DNA of 64,000 nt from Auanema rhodensis. Taxonomy: Eukaryota; Animalia; Nematoda. Position numbers and translations under genes: made by a program. Positions 12,637-27,378 of the stretch are shown one piece after another; the stretch's first letter is position 1; every line of letters begins with the position of its first letter. Under the pieces are notes generated by a model. It was not told the origin of the DNA. It ran no database searches and worked only from the letters and a program-made list of their open reading frames with translations. The stretch is from NCBI GenBank assembly GCA_964057225.1, contig OZ059894.1, forward strand, positions 22,320,001-22,384,000, in the 5' to 3' direction.

Positions 12637-12987
12637 AAGCAATGTTGAGTGTACATGGAAACTCAACATACACTAATGCATCATTTTTCAAACGATCATA
12701 ACTAATTTTTGTATTAAGCGTTTCTCAATGTAGTATAGTGCATTCGATGCGGATTTTTGAGCTGCGTCGATCTGTGTTATCAGATTTGCGCTAGCTTAAA
12801 AATGCACCGAGATATCAACTGATATAAGTTCACACTTATATCCTCGATTTTCACCCTGAAGAATTAATTTTTTCGTTGAATAACATTGTCCATCGTCTTT
12901 GCCTTGGAAAAAGGAATCTAAAAACATCTACTTTTTGCTGAATTATTCTGAAATTTTTCGAAAAAATTTTTGTCAAAATGTTTTTGG

Positions 12988-14391
12988 AAGCAATGTTGAG
13001 TGTACATGGAAACTCAACATACACTAATGCATCATTTTTCAAACGATCATAACTAATTTTTGTATTAAGCGTTTCTCAATGTAGTATAGTGCATTCGATG
13101 CGGATTTTTGAGCTGCGTCGATCTGTGTTATCAGATTTGCGCTAGCTTAAAAATGCACCGAGATATCAACTGATATAAGTTCACATTTATATCCTCGATT
13201 TTCACCCTGAAGAATTAATTTTTTCGTTGAATAACATTGTCCATCGTCTTTGCCTTGGAAAAAGGAATCTAAAAACATCTACTTTTTGCTGAATTATTCT
13301 GAAATTTTTCGAAAAAATTTTTGTCAAAATGTTTTTGGAAGCAATGTTGAGTGTACATGGAAACTCAACATACACTAATGCATCATTTTTCAAACGATCA
13401 TAACTAATTTTTGTATTAAGCATTTCTCAATGTAGTATAGTGCATTCGATGCGGATTTTTAAGCTGCGTCGATCTGTGTTATCAGATTTGAGCTAGCTTA
13501 AAAATGCACCGAGATATCAACTGATATAAGTTTACACTTGTATCCTCGATTTTCACCCTGAAGAATTAATTTTTTCGTTGAATAACATTGTCCATCGTCT
13601 TTGCCTTGAAAAATGGAATCTAAAAACATCTACTTTTTTCTAAATTATTTTGAAGTTTTTCGAAAAACTTTTTGTCAAAATGTTTTTGGAAGCAATGTTG
13701 AGTGTACATGGAAACTCAACATACACTAATGCATCATTTTTCAAACGATCATAACTAATTTTTGTATTAAGCGTTTCTCAATGTAGTATAGTGCATTCGA
13801 TGCGGATTTTTGAGCTGCGTCGATCTGTGTTATCAGATTTGCGCTAGCTTAAAAATGCACCGAGATATCAACTGATATAAGTTCACATTTATATCCTCGA
13901 TTTTCACCCTGAAGAATTAATTTTTTCGTTGAATAACATTGTCCATCGTCTTTGCCTTGGAAAAAGGAATCTAAATACATCTACTTTTTGCTGAATTATT
14001 CTGAAATTTTTCGAAAAAATTTTTGTCAAAATGTTTTTGGAAGCAATGTTGAGTGTACATGGAAACTCAACATACACTAATGCATCATTTTTCAAACGAT
14101 CATAACTAATTTTTGTATTAAGCATTTCTCAATGTAGTATAGTGCATTCGATGCGGATTTTTAAGCTGCGTCGATCTGTGTTATCAGATTTGAGCTAGCT
14201 TAAAAATGCACCGAGATATCAACTGATATAAGTTTACACTTGTATCCTCGATTTTCACCCTGAAGAATTAATTTTTTCGTTGAATAACATTGTCCATCGT
14301 CTTTGCCTTGAAAAATGGAATCTAAAAACATCTACTTTTTGCTAAATTATTTTGAAATTTTTCGAAAAAATTTTTGTCAAAATGTTTTTGG
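12988..14391. repeat. Dimer (702 bp) duplicated in tandem
   Basis: CACATTT, AAGCATT, TTGAGCT and ACTTGTAT variants each recur at +702, as do the two 73-aa ORFs at 13202 and 13904. Confidence 0.88.
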
Positions 14392-16497
14392 AAGCAATGT
14401 TGAGTGTACATGGAAACTCAACATACACTAATGCATCATTTTTCAAACGATCATAACTAATTTTTGTATTAAGCGTTTCTCAATGTAGTATAGTGCATTC
14501 GATGCGGATTTTTGAGCTGCGTCGATCTGTGTTATCAGATTTGCGCTAGCTTAAAAATGCACCGAGATATCAACTGATATAAGTTCACACTTATATCCTC
14601 GATTTTCACCCTGAAGAATTAATTTTTTCGTTGAATAACATTGTCCATCGTCTTTGCCTTAAAAAAAGAAATCTAAAAACATCTACTTTTTCCTAAATTA
14701 TTTTGAAGTTTTTCGAAAAAATTTTTGTCAAAATGTTTTTGGAAGCAATGTTGAGTGTACATGGAAACTCAACATACACTAATGCATCATTTTTCAAACG
14801 ATCATAACTAATTTTTGTATTAAGCGTTTCTCAATGTAGTATAGTGCATTCGATGCGGATTTTTGAGCTGCGTCGATCTGTGTTATCAGATTTGCGCTAG
14901 CTTAAAAATGCACCGAGATATCAACTGATATAAGTTCACACTTATATCCTCGATTTTCACCCTGAAGAATTAATTTTTTCGTTGAATAACATTGTCCATC
15001 GTCTTTGCCTTGAAAAAAGGAATCTAAAAACATTTACTTTTTCCTAAATTATTTTGAAATTTTTCGAAAAAATTTTTGTCAAAATGTTTTTGGAAGCAAT
15101 GTTGAGTGTACATGGAAACTCAACATACACTAATGCATCATTTTTCAAACGATCATAACTAATTTTTGTATTAAGCGTTTCTCAATGTAGTATAGTGCAT
15201 TCGATGCGGATTTTTAAGCTGCGTCGATCTGTGTTATCAGATTTGCGCTAGCTTAAAAATGCACCGAGATATCAACTGATATAAGTTCACACTTATATCC
15301 TCGATTTTCACCCTGAAGAATTAATTTTTTCGTTGAATAACATTGTCCATCGTCTTTGCCTTGAAAGAAGGAATCTAAAAACATCTACTTTTTGCCAAAT
15401 TATTTTGAAATTTTTCGAAAAAATTTTTGTCAAAATGTTTTTGGAAGCAATGTTGAGTGTACATGGAAACTCAACACACACTAATGCATCATTTTTCAAA
15501 CGATCATAACTAATTTGTGTATTAAGCGTTTCTCAATGTAGTATAGTGCATTCAATGCGGATTTTTAAGCTGCGTCGATCTGTGTTATCAGATTTGCGCT
15601 AGCTTAAAAATGCACCGAGATATCAACTGATATAAGTTCACACTTATATCCTCGATTTTCACCCTGAAGAATTAATTTTTTCGTTGAATAACATTGTCCA
15701 TCGTCTTTGCCTTGAAAAAAGAAATCTAAAAACATCTACTTTTTCCTAAATTATTTTGAAGTTTTTCGAAAAAAATTTTGTCAAAATGTTTTTGGAAGCA
15801 ATGTTGAGTGTACATGGAAACTCAACATACACTAATGCATCATTTTTCAAACGATCATAACTAATTTTTGTATCAAACGTTTCTCAATGTAGTATAGTGC
15901 GTTCGATGCGGATTTCTAAGCTGCGTCGATCTGTGTTATCAGATTTGCGCTAGCTTAAAAATGCACCGAGATATCAACTGATATAAGTTCACACTTATAT
16001 CCTCGATTTTCACCCTGAAGAATTAATTTTTTCGTTGAATAACATTGTCCATCGTCTTTGCCTTAAAAAAAGAAATCTAAAAACATCTACTTTTTCCTAA
16101 ATTATTTTGAAGTTTTTCGAAAAAATTTTTGTCAAAATGTTTTTGGAAGCAATGTTGAGTGTACATGGAAACTCAACATACACTAATGCATCATTTTTCA
16201 AACGATCATAACTAATTTTTGTATTAAGCGTTTCTCAATGTAGTATAGTGCATTCGATGCGGATTTTTGAGCTGCGTCGATCTGTGTTATCAGATTTGCG
16301 CTAGCTTAAAAATGCACCGAGATATCAACTGATATAAGTTCACACTTATATCCTCGATTTTCACCCTGAAGAATTAATTTTTTCGTTGAATAACATTGTC
16401 CATCGTCTTTGCCTTAAAAAAAGAAATCTAAAAACATCTACTTTTTCCTAAATTATTTTGAAGTTTTTCGAAAAAATTTTTGTCAAAATGTTTTTGG

Positions 16498-18603
16498 AAG
16501 CAATGTTGAGTGTACATGGAAACTCAACATACACTAATGCATCATTTTTCAAACGATCATAACTAATTTTTGTATTAAGCGTTTCTCAATGTAGTATAGT
16601 GCATTCGATGCGGATTTTTAAGCTGCGTCGATCTGTGTTATCAGATTTGCGCTAGCTTAAAAATGCACCGAGATATCAACTGATATAAGTTCACACTTAT
16701 ATCCTCGATTTTCACCCTGAAGAATTAATTTTTTCGTTGAATAACATTGTCCATCGTCTTTGCCTTGAAAAAAGGAATCTAAAAACATTTACTTTTTCCT
16801 AAATTATTTTGAAATTTTTCGAAAAAATTTTTGTCAAAATGTTTTTGGAAGCAATGTTGAGTGTACATGGAAACTCAACATACACTAATGCATCATTTTT
16901 CAAACGATCATAACTAATTTTTGTATTAAGCGTTTCTCAATGTAGTATAGTGCATTCGATGCGGATTTTTAAGCTGCGTCGATCTGTGTTATCAGATTTG
17001 CGCTAGCTTAAAAATGCACCGAGATATCAACTGATATAAGTTCACACTTATATCCTCGATTTTCACCCTGAAGAATTAATTTTTTCGTTGAATAACATTG
17101 TCCATCGTCTTTGCCTTGAAAGAAGGAATCTAAAAACATCTACTTTTTGCCAAATTATTTTGAAATTTTTCGAAAAAATTTTTGTCAAAATGTTTTTGGA
17201 AGCAATGTTGAGTGTACATGGAAACTCAACATACACTAATGCATCATTTTTCAAACGATCATAACTAATTTGTGTATTAAGCGTTTCTCAATGTAGTATA
17301 GTGCATTCGATGCGGATTTTTAAGCTGCGTCGATCTGTGTTATCAGATTTGCGCTAGCTTAAAAATGCACCGAGATATCAACTGATATAAGTTTACACTT
17401 ATATCCTCGATTTTCACCCTGAAGAATTAATTTTTTCGTTGAATAACATTGTCCATCGTCTTTGCCTTGAAAAATGGAATCTAAAAACATCTACTTTTTG
17501 CTAAATTATTTTGAAACTTTTCGAAAAAATTTTTGTCAAAATGTTTTTGGAAGCAATGTTGAGTGTACATGGAAACTCAACACACACTAATGCATCATTT
17601 TTCAAACGATCATAACTAATTTGTGTATTAAGCGTTTCTCAATGTAGTATAGTGCATTCGATGCGGATTTTTAAGCTGCGTCGATCTGTGTTATCAGATT
17701 TGCGCTAGCTTAAAAATGCACCGAGATATCAACTGATATAAGTTCACACTTATATCCTCGATTTTCACCCTGAAGAATTAATTTTTTCGTTGAATAACAT
17801 TGTCCATCGTCTTTGCCTTGAAAAAAGGAATCTAAAAACATTTACTTTTTCCTAAATTATTTTGAAATTTTTCGAAAAAATTTTTGTCAAAATGTTTTTG
17901 GAAGCAATGTTGAGTGTACATGGAAACTCAACATACACTAATGCATCATTTTTCAAACGATCATAACTAATTTTTGTATTAAGCGTTTCTCAATGTAGTA
18001 TAGTGCATTCGATGCGGATTTTTAAGCTGCGTCGATCTGTGTTATCAGATTTGCGCTAGCTTAAAAATGCACCGAGATATCAACTGATATAAGTTCACAC
18101 TTATATCCTCGATTTTCACCCTGAAGAATTAATTTTTTCGTTGAATAACATTGTCCATCGTCTTTGCCTTGAAAGAAGGAATCTAAAAACATCTACTTTT
18201 TGCCAAATTATTTTGAAATTTTTCGAAAAAATTTTTGTCAAAATGTTTTTGGAAGCAATGTTGAGTGTATATGGAAACTCAACATACACTAATGCATCAT
18301 TTTTCAAACGATCATAACTAATTTGTGTATTAAGCGTTTCTCAATGTAGTATAGTGCATTCGATGCGGATTTTTAAGCTGCGTCGATCTGTGTTATCAGA
18401 TTTGCGCTAGCTTAAAAATGCACCGAGATATCAACTGATATAAGTTTACACTTATATCCTCGATTTTCACCCTGAAGAATTAATTTTTTCGTTGAATAAC
18501 ATTGTCCATCGTCTTTGCCTTGAAAAATGGAATCTAAAAACATCTACTTTTTGCTAAATTATTTTGAAACTTTTCGAAAAAATTTTTGTCAAAATGTTTT
18601 TGG
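16498..18603. repeat. Trimer (1053 bp) duplicated in tandem
   Basis: The GAAAGAAGG/GCCAAA monomer (ORFs 17063, 18116), GAAACTTT (~17517/18570) and CATTTAC (~16789/17842) all recur at +1053. Confidence 0.88.
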
Positions 18604-21600
18604 AAGCAATGTTGAGTGTACATGGAAACTCAACACACACTAATGCATCATTTTTCAAACGATCATAACTAATTTGTGTATTAAGCGTTTCTCAATGTAG
18701 TATAGTGCATTCGATGCGGATTTTTAAGCTGCGTCGATCTGTGTTATCAGATTTGCGCTAGCTTAAAAATGCACCGAGATATCAACTGATATAAGTTCAC
18801 ACTTATATCCTCGATTTTCACCCTGAAGAATTAATTTTTTCGTTGAATAACATTGTCCATCGTCTTTGCCTTGAAAAAAGGAATCTAAAAACATCTACTT
18901 TTTGCTAAATTATTTTGAAATTTTTCGAAAAAATTTTTGTCAAAATGTTTTTGGAAGCAATGTTGAGTGTACATGGAAACTCAACATACACTAATGCATC
19001 ATTTTTCAAACGATCATAAATAATTTGTGTATTAAGCGTTTCTCAATGTAGTATAGTGCATTCGATGCGGATTTTTAAGCTGCGTCGATCTGTGTTATCA
19101 GATTTGCGCTAGCTTAAAAATGCACCGAGATATCAACTGATATAAGTTTACACTTATATCCTCGATTTTCACCCTGAAGAATTAATTTTTTCGTTGAATA
19201 ACATTGTCCATCGTCTTTGCCTTGAAAAAAGGAATCTAAAAACATCTACTTTTTGCTAAATTATTTTGAAATTTTTCGAAAAAATTTTTGTCAAAATGTT
19301 TTTGGAAGCAATGTTGAGTGTACATGGAAACTCAACATACACTAATGCATCATTTTTCAAACGATCATAACTAATTTGTGTATTAAGCGTTTCTCAATGT
19401 AGTATAGTGCATTCGATGCGGATTTTTAAGCTGCGTCGATCTGTGTTATCAGATTTGCGCTAGCTTAAAAATGCACCGAGATATCAACTGATATAAGTTT
19501 ACACTTATATCCTCGATTTTCACCCTGAAGAATTAATTTTTTCGTTGAATAACATTGTCCATCGTCTTTGCCTTGAAAAATGGAATCTAAAAACATCTAC
19601 TTTTTGCTAAATTATTTTGAAATTTTTCGAAAAAATTTTTGTCAAAATGTTTTTGGAAGCAATGTTGAGTGTACATGGAAACTCAACACACACTAATGCA
19701 TCATTTTTCAAACGATCATAACTAATTTGTGTATTAAGCGTTTCTCAATGTAGTATAGTGCATTCGATGCGGATTTTTAAGCTGCGTCGATCTGTGTTAT
19801 CAAATTTGCGCTAGCTTAAAAATGCACCGAGATATCAACTGATATAAGTTCACACTTATATCCTCGATTTTCATCCTGAAGAATTAATTTTTTCGTTGAA
19901 TAACATTGTCCATCGTCTTTGCCTTGAAAAAAGGAATCTAAAAACATCTACTTTTTGCTGAATTATTTTGAAATTTTTCGAAAAAATTTTTGTCAAAATG
20001 TTTTTGGAAGCAATGTTGAGTGTACATGGAAACTCGACATACACTAATGCATCATTTTTCAAACGAACATAACTAATTTTTGTATCAAGCGTTTCTCAAT
20101 GTAGTATAGTGCATTCGATGCGGATTTTTAAGCTGCGTCGATCTGTGTTATCAAATTTGCGCTAGCTTAAAAATGCACCGAGATATCAACTGATATAAGT
20201 TTACACTTATATCCTCGATTTTCACCCTGAAGAATTAATTTTTTCGTTGAATAACATTGTCCATCGTCTTTGCCCTGAAAAATGGAATCTAAAAACATCT
20301 ACTTTTTGCTAAATTATTTTGAAATTTTTCGAAAAAATTTTTGTCAAAATGTTTTTGGAAGCAATGTTGAGTGTACATGGAAACTCAACACACACTAATG
20401 CATCATTTTTCAAACGATCATAACTAATTTGTGTATTAAGCGTTTCTCAATGTAGTATAGTGCATTCGATGCGGATTTTTAAGCTGCGTCGATCTGTGTT
20501 ATCAGATTTGCGCTAGCTTAAAAATGCACCGAGATATCAACTGATATAAGTTCACACTTATATCCTCGATTTTCACCCTGAAGAATTAATTTTTTCGTTG
20601 AATAACATTGTCCATCGTCTTTGCCTTGAAAAAAGGAATCTAAAAACATCTACTTTTTGCTAAATTATTTTGAAATTTTTCGAAAAAATTTTTGTCAAAA
20701 TGTTTTTGGAAGCAATGTTGAGTGTACATGGAAACTCAACATACACTAATGCATCATTTTTCAAACGATCATAACTAATTTGTGTATTAAGCGTTTCTCA
20801 ATGTAGTATAGTGCATTCGATGCGGATTTTTAAGCTGCGTCGATCTGTGTTATCAGATTTGCGCTAGCTTAAAAATGCACCGAGATATCAACTGATATAA
20901 GTTTACACTTATATCCTCGATTTTCACCCTGAAGAATTAATTTTTTCGTTGAATAACATTGTCCATCGTCTTTGCCTTGAACAATGGAATCTAAAAACAT
21001 CTACTTTTTGCTAAATTATTTTGAAATTTTTCGAAACAATTTTTGTCAAAATGTTTTTGGAAGCAATGTTGAGTGTACATGGAAACTCAACATACACTAA
21101 TGCATCATTTTTCAAACGATCATAACTAATTTTTGTATCAAACGTTTCTCAATGTAGTATAGTGCATTCGATGCGGATTTTTAAGCTGCGTCGATCTGTG
21201 TTATCAGATTTGCGCTAGCTTAAAAATGCACCGAGATATCAACTGATATAAGTTTACACTTATATCCTCGATTTTCACCCTGAAGAATTAATTTTTTCGT
21301 TGAATAACATTGTCCATCGTCTTTGCCTTGAACAATGGAATCTAAAAACATCTACTTTTTGCTAAATTATTTTGAAATTTTTCGAAAAAATTTTTGTCAA
21401 AATGTTTTTGGAAGCAATGTTGAGTGTACATGGAAACTCAACATACACTAATGCATCATTTTTCAAACGATCATAACTAATTTTTGTATCAAACGTTTCT
21501 CAATGTAGTATAGTGCATTCGATGCGGATTTTTAAGCTGCGTCGATCTGTGTTATCAGATTTGCGCTAGCTTAAAAATGCACCGAGATATCAACTGATAT

Positions 21601-24600
21601 AAGTTCACACTTATATCCTCGATTTTCACCCTGAAGAATTAATTTTTTCGTTGAATAACATTGTCCATCGTCTTTGCCTTGAAAAAAGGAATCTAAAAAC
21701 ATCTACTTTTTGCTGAATTATTTTGAAATTTTTCGAAAAAATTTTTGTCAAAATGTTTTTGGAAGCAATGTTGAGTGTACATGGAAACTCAACACACACT
21801 AATGCATCATTTTTCAAACGATCATAACTAATTTTTGTATTAAGCGTTTCTCAATGTAGTATAGTGCATTCGATGCGGATTTTTAAGCTGCGTCGATCTG
21901 TGTTATCAGATTTGCGCTAACTTAAAAATGCACCGAGATATCAACTGATATAAGTTTACACTTATATCCTCGATTTTCACCCTGAAGAATTAATTTTTTC
22001 GTTGAATAACCTTGTCTATCGTCTTTGCCTTGAAAAATGGAATCTAAAAACATCTACTTTTTGCTAAATTATTTTGAAATTTTTCGAAAAAATTTTTGTC
22101 AAAATGTTTTTGGAAGCAATGTTGAGTGTACATGGAAACTCAACACACACTAATGCATCATTTTTCAAACGATCATAACTAATTTGTGTATTAAGCGTTT
22201 CTCAATGTAGTATAGTGCATTCGATGCGGATTTTTAAGCTGCGTCGATCTGTGTTATCAGATTTGCGCTAGCTTAAAAATGCACCGAGATATCAACTGAT
22301 ATAAGTTCACACTTATATCCTCGATTTTCACCCTGAAGAATTAATTTTTTCGTTGAATAACATTGTCCATCGTCTTTGCCTTGAAAAAAGGAATCTAAAA
22401 ACATCTACTTTTTGCTGAATTATTTTGAAATTTTTCGAAAAAATTTTTGTCAAAATGTTTTTGGAAGCAATGTTGAGTGTACATGGAAACTCAACATACA
22501 CTAATGCATCATTTTTCAAACAATCATAACTAATTTTTGTATTAAGCGTTTCTCAATGTAGTATAGTGCATTCGATGCGGATTTTTAAGCTGCGTAGATC
22601 TGTGTTATCAGATTTGCGCTAGCTTGAAAATGCACCGAGATATCAACTGATATAAGTTCACACTTATATCCTCGATTTTCACCCTGAAGAATTAATTTTT
22701 TCGTTGAATAACCTTGTCTATCGTCTTTGCCTTGAAAAATGGAATCTAAAAACATCTACTTTTTGCTAAATTATTTTGAAATTTTTCGAAAAAATTTTTG
22801 TCAAAATGTTTTTGGAAGCAATGTTGAGTGTACATGGAAACTCAACACACACTAATGCATCATTTTTCAAACGATCATAACTAATTTTTGTATTAAGCGT
22901 TTCTCAATGTTGTATAGTGCATTCGATGCGGATTTTTAAGCTGCGTCGATCTGTGTTATCAGATTTGCGCTAGCTTAAAAATGCACCGAGATATCAACTG
23001 ATATAAGTTCACACTTATATCCTCGATTTTCACCCTGAAGAATTAATTTTTTCGTTGAATAACATTGTCTATCGTCTTTGCCTTGAAAAATGGAATCTAA
23101 AAACATCTACTTTTTGCTAAATTATTTTGAAATTTTTCGAAAAAATTTTTGTCAAAATGTTTTTGGAAGCAATGTTGAGTGTACATGGAAACTCAACATA
23201 CACTAATGCATCATTTTTCAAACGATCATAACTAATTTTTGTATCAAGCGTTTCTTGATGTAGTATAGTGCATTCGATGCGGATTTTTAAGCTGCGTCGA
23301 TCTGTGTTATCAGATTTGCGCTAGCTTAAAAATGCACCGAGATATCAACTGATATAAGTTTACACTTATATCCTCGATTTTCACCCTGAAGAATTAATTT
23401 TTTCGTTGAATAACCTTGTCTATCGTCTTTGCCTTGAAAAATGGAATCTAAAAACATCTACTTTTTGCTAAATTATTTTGAAATTTTTCGAAAAAATTTT
23501 TGTCAAAATGTTTTTGGAAGCAATGTTGAGTGTACATGGAAACTCAACACACACTAATGCATCATTTTTCAAACGATCATAACTAATTTTTGTATTAAGC
23601 GTTTCTCAATGTTGTATAGTGCATTCGATGCGGATTTTTAAGCTGCGTCGATCTGTGTTATCAGATTTGCGCTAGCTTAAAAATGCACCGAGATATCAAC
23701 TGATATAAGTTCACACTTATATCCTCGATTTTCACCCTGAAGAATTAATTTTTTCGTTGAATAACCTTGTCTATCGTCTTTGCCTTGAAAAATGGAATCT
23801 AAAAACATCTACTTTTTGCTAAATTATTTTGAAATTTTTCGAAAAAATTTTTGTCAAAATGTTTTTGGAAGCAATGTTGAGTGTACATGGAAACTCAACA
23901 CACACTAATGCATCATTTTTCAAACGATCATAACTATTTTTTGTATTAAGCGTTTCTCAATGTTGTATAGTGCATTCGATGCGGATTTTTAAGCTGCGTC
24001 GATCTGTGTTATCAGATTTGCGCTAGCTTAAAAATGCACCGAGATATCAACTGATATAAGTTCACACTTATATCCTCGATTTTCACCCTGAAGAATTAAA
24101 TTTTTCGTTGAATAACATTGTCTATCGTCTTTGCCTTGAAAAATGGAATCTAAAAACATCTACTTTTTGCTAAATTATTTTGAAATTTTTCGAAAAAATT
24201 TTTGTCAAAATGTTTTTGGAAGCAATGTTGAGTGTACATGGAAACTCAACATACACTAATGCATCATTTTTCAAACGATCATAACTAATTTTTGTATCAA
24301 GCGTTTCTTGATGTAGTATAGTGCATTCGATGCGGATTTTTAAGCTGCGTCGATCTGTGTTATCAGATTTGCGCTAGCTTAAAAATGCACCGAGATATCA
24401 ACTGATATAAGTTCACACTTATATCCTCGATTTTCACCCTGAAGAATTAATTTTTTCGTTGAATAACATTGTCTATCGTCTTTGCCTTGAAAAATGAAAT
24501 CTAAAAACATCTACTTTTTGCTAAATTATTTTGAAATTTTTCGAAAAAATTTTTGTCAAAATGTTTTTGGAAGCAATGTTGAGTGTACATGGAAACTCAA

Positions 24601-27378
24601 CACACACTAATGCATCATTTTTCAAACGATCATAACTAATTTTTGTATTGAGCGTTTCTCAATGTTGTATAGTGCATTCGATGCGGATTTTTAAGCTGCG
24701 TCGATCTGTGTTATCAGATTTGCGCTAGCTTAAAAATGCACCGAGATATCAACTGATATAAGTTCACACTTATATCCTCGATTTTCACCCTGAAGAATTA
24801 ATTTTTTCGTTGAATAACATTGTCTATCGTCTTTGCCTTAAAAAATGGAATCTAAAAACATCTACTTTTTGCTAAATTATTTTGAAATTTTTCGAAAAAA
24901 TTTTTGTCAAAATGTTTTTGGAAGCAATGTTGAGTGTACATGGAAACTCAACACACACTAATGCATCATTTTTCAAACGATCATAACTATTTTTTGTATT
25001 AAGCGTTTCTCAATGTTGTATAGTGCATTCGATGCGGATTTTTAAGCTGCGTCGATCTGTGTTATCAGATTTGCGCTAGCTTTAAAATGCACCGAGATAT
25101 CAACTGATATAAGTTCACACTTATATCCTCGATTTTCACCCTGAAGAAATAATTTTTTCGTTGAATAACATTGTCCATCGTCTTTGCCTTGAAAAAAGGA
25201 ATCTAAAAACATCTACTTTTTGCTAAATTATCTTGAAATTTTTCGAAAAAATTTTTGTCAAAATGTTTTTGGAAGCAATGTTGAGTGTACATGGAAACTC
25301 AACACACACTAATGCATCATTTTTCAAACGATCATAACTAATTTTTGTATTAAGCGTTTCTCAATGTAGTATAGTGCATTCGATGCGGATTTTTATGCTG
25401 CGTCGATCTGTGTTATCAGATTTGCGCTAGCTTAAAAATGCACCGAGATATCAACTGATATAAGTTCACACTTATATCCTCGATTTTCACCCTGAAGAAT
25501 TAAATTTTTCGTTGAATAACATTGTCTATCGTCTTTGCCTTAAAAAATGGAATCTAAAAACATCTACTTTTTGCTAAATTATTTTGAAATTTTTCGAAAA
25601 AATTTTTGTCAAAATGTTTTTGGAAGCAATGTTGAGTGTACATGGAAACTCAACACACACTAATGCATCATTTTTCAAACGATCATAACTAATTTTTGTA
25701 TTAAGCGTTTCTCAATGTTGTATAGTGCATTCGATGCGGATTTTTAAGCTGCGTCGATCTGTGTTATCAGATTTGCGCTAGCTTAAAAATGCACCGAGAT
25801 ATCAACTGATATAAGTTCACACTTATATCCTCGATTTTCACCCTGAAGAATTAAATTTTTCGTTGAATAACATTGTCTATCGTCTTTGCCTTAAAAAATG
25901 GAATCTAAAAACATCTACTTTTTGCTAAATTATTTTGAAATTTTTCGAAAAAATTTTTGTCAAAATGTTTTTGGAAGCAATGTTGAGTGTACATGGAAAC
26001 TCAACACACACTAATGCATCATTTTTCAAACGATCATAACTAATTTTTGTATTAAGCGTTTCTCAATGTTGTATAGTGCATTCGATGCGGATTTTTAAGC
26101 TGCGTCGATCTGTGTTATCAGATTTGCGCTAGCTTAAAAATGCACCGAGATATCAACTGATATAAGTTCACACTTATATCCTCGATTTTCACCCTGAAGA
26201 ATTAATTTTTTCGTTGAATAACATTGTCTATCGTCTTTGCCTTAAAAAATGGAATCTAAAAACATCTACTTTTTGCTAAATTATCTTGAAATTTTTCGAA
26301 AAAATTTTTGTCAAAATGTTTTTGGAAGCAATGTTGAGTGTACATGGAAACTCAACACACACTAATGCATCATTTTTCAAACGATCATAACTAATTTTTG
26401 TATTAAGCGTTTCTCAATGTAGTATAGTGCATTCGATGCGGATTTTTATGCTGCGTCGATCTGTGTTATCAGATTTGCGCTAGCTTAAAAATGCACCGAG
26501 ATATCAACTGATATAAGTTCACACTTATATCCTCGATTTTCACCCTGAAGAATTAAATTTTTCGTTGAATAACATTGTCTATCGTCTTTGCCTTGAAAAA
26601 TGGAATCTAAAAACATCTACTTTTTGCTAAATTATTTTGAAATTTTTCGAAAAAATTTTTGTCAAAATGTTTTTGGAAGCAATGTTGAGTGTACATGGAA
26701 ACTCAACATACACTAATGCATCATTTTTCAAACGATCATAACTAATTTTTGTATTAAGCGTTTCTCAATGTAGTATAGTGCATTCGATGCGGATTTTTAA
26801 GCTGCGTCGATCTGTGTTATCAGATTTGCGCTAGCTTAAAAATGCACCGAGATATCAACTGATATAAGTTTACACTTATATCCTCGATTTTCACCCTGAA
26901 GAATTAATTTTTTCGTTGAATAACATTGTCCATCGTCTTTGCCTTGAAAAATGGAATCTAAAAACATCTACTTTTTGCTAAATTATTTTGAAATTTTTCG
27001 AAAAAATTTTTGTCAAAATGTTTTTGGAAGCAATGTTGAGTGTACATGGAAACTCAACACACACTAATGCATCATTTTTCAAACGATCATAACTAATTTT
27101 TGTATTAAGCGTTTCTCAATGTAGTATAGTGCATTCGATGCGGATTTTTAAGCTGCGTCGATCTGTGTTATCAGATTTGCGCTAGCTTAAAAATGCACCG
27201 AGATATCAACTGATATAAGTTCACACTTATATCCTCGATTTTCACCCTGAAGAATTAATTTTTTCGTTGAATAACATTGTCCATCGTCTTTGCCTTAAAA
27301 AAAGGAATCTAAAAACATCTACTTTTTGCTAAATTATTTTGAAATTTTTCGAAAAAATTTTTGTCAAAATGTTTTTGG

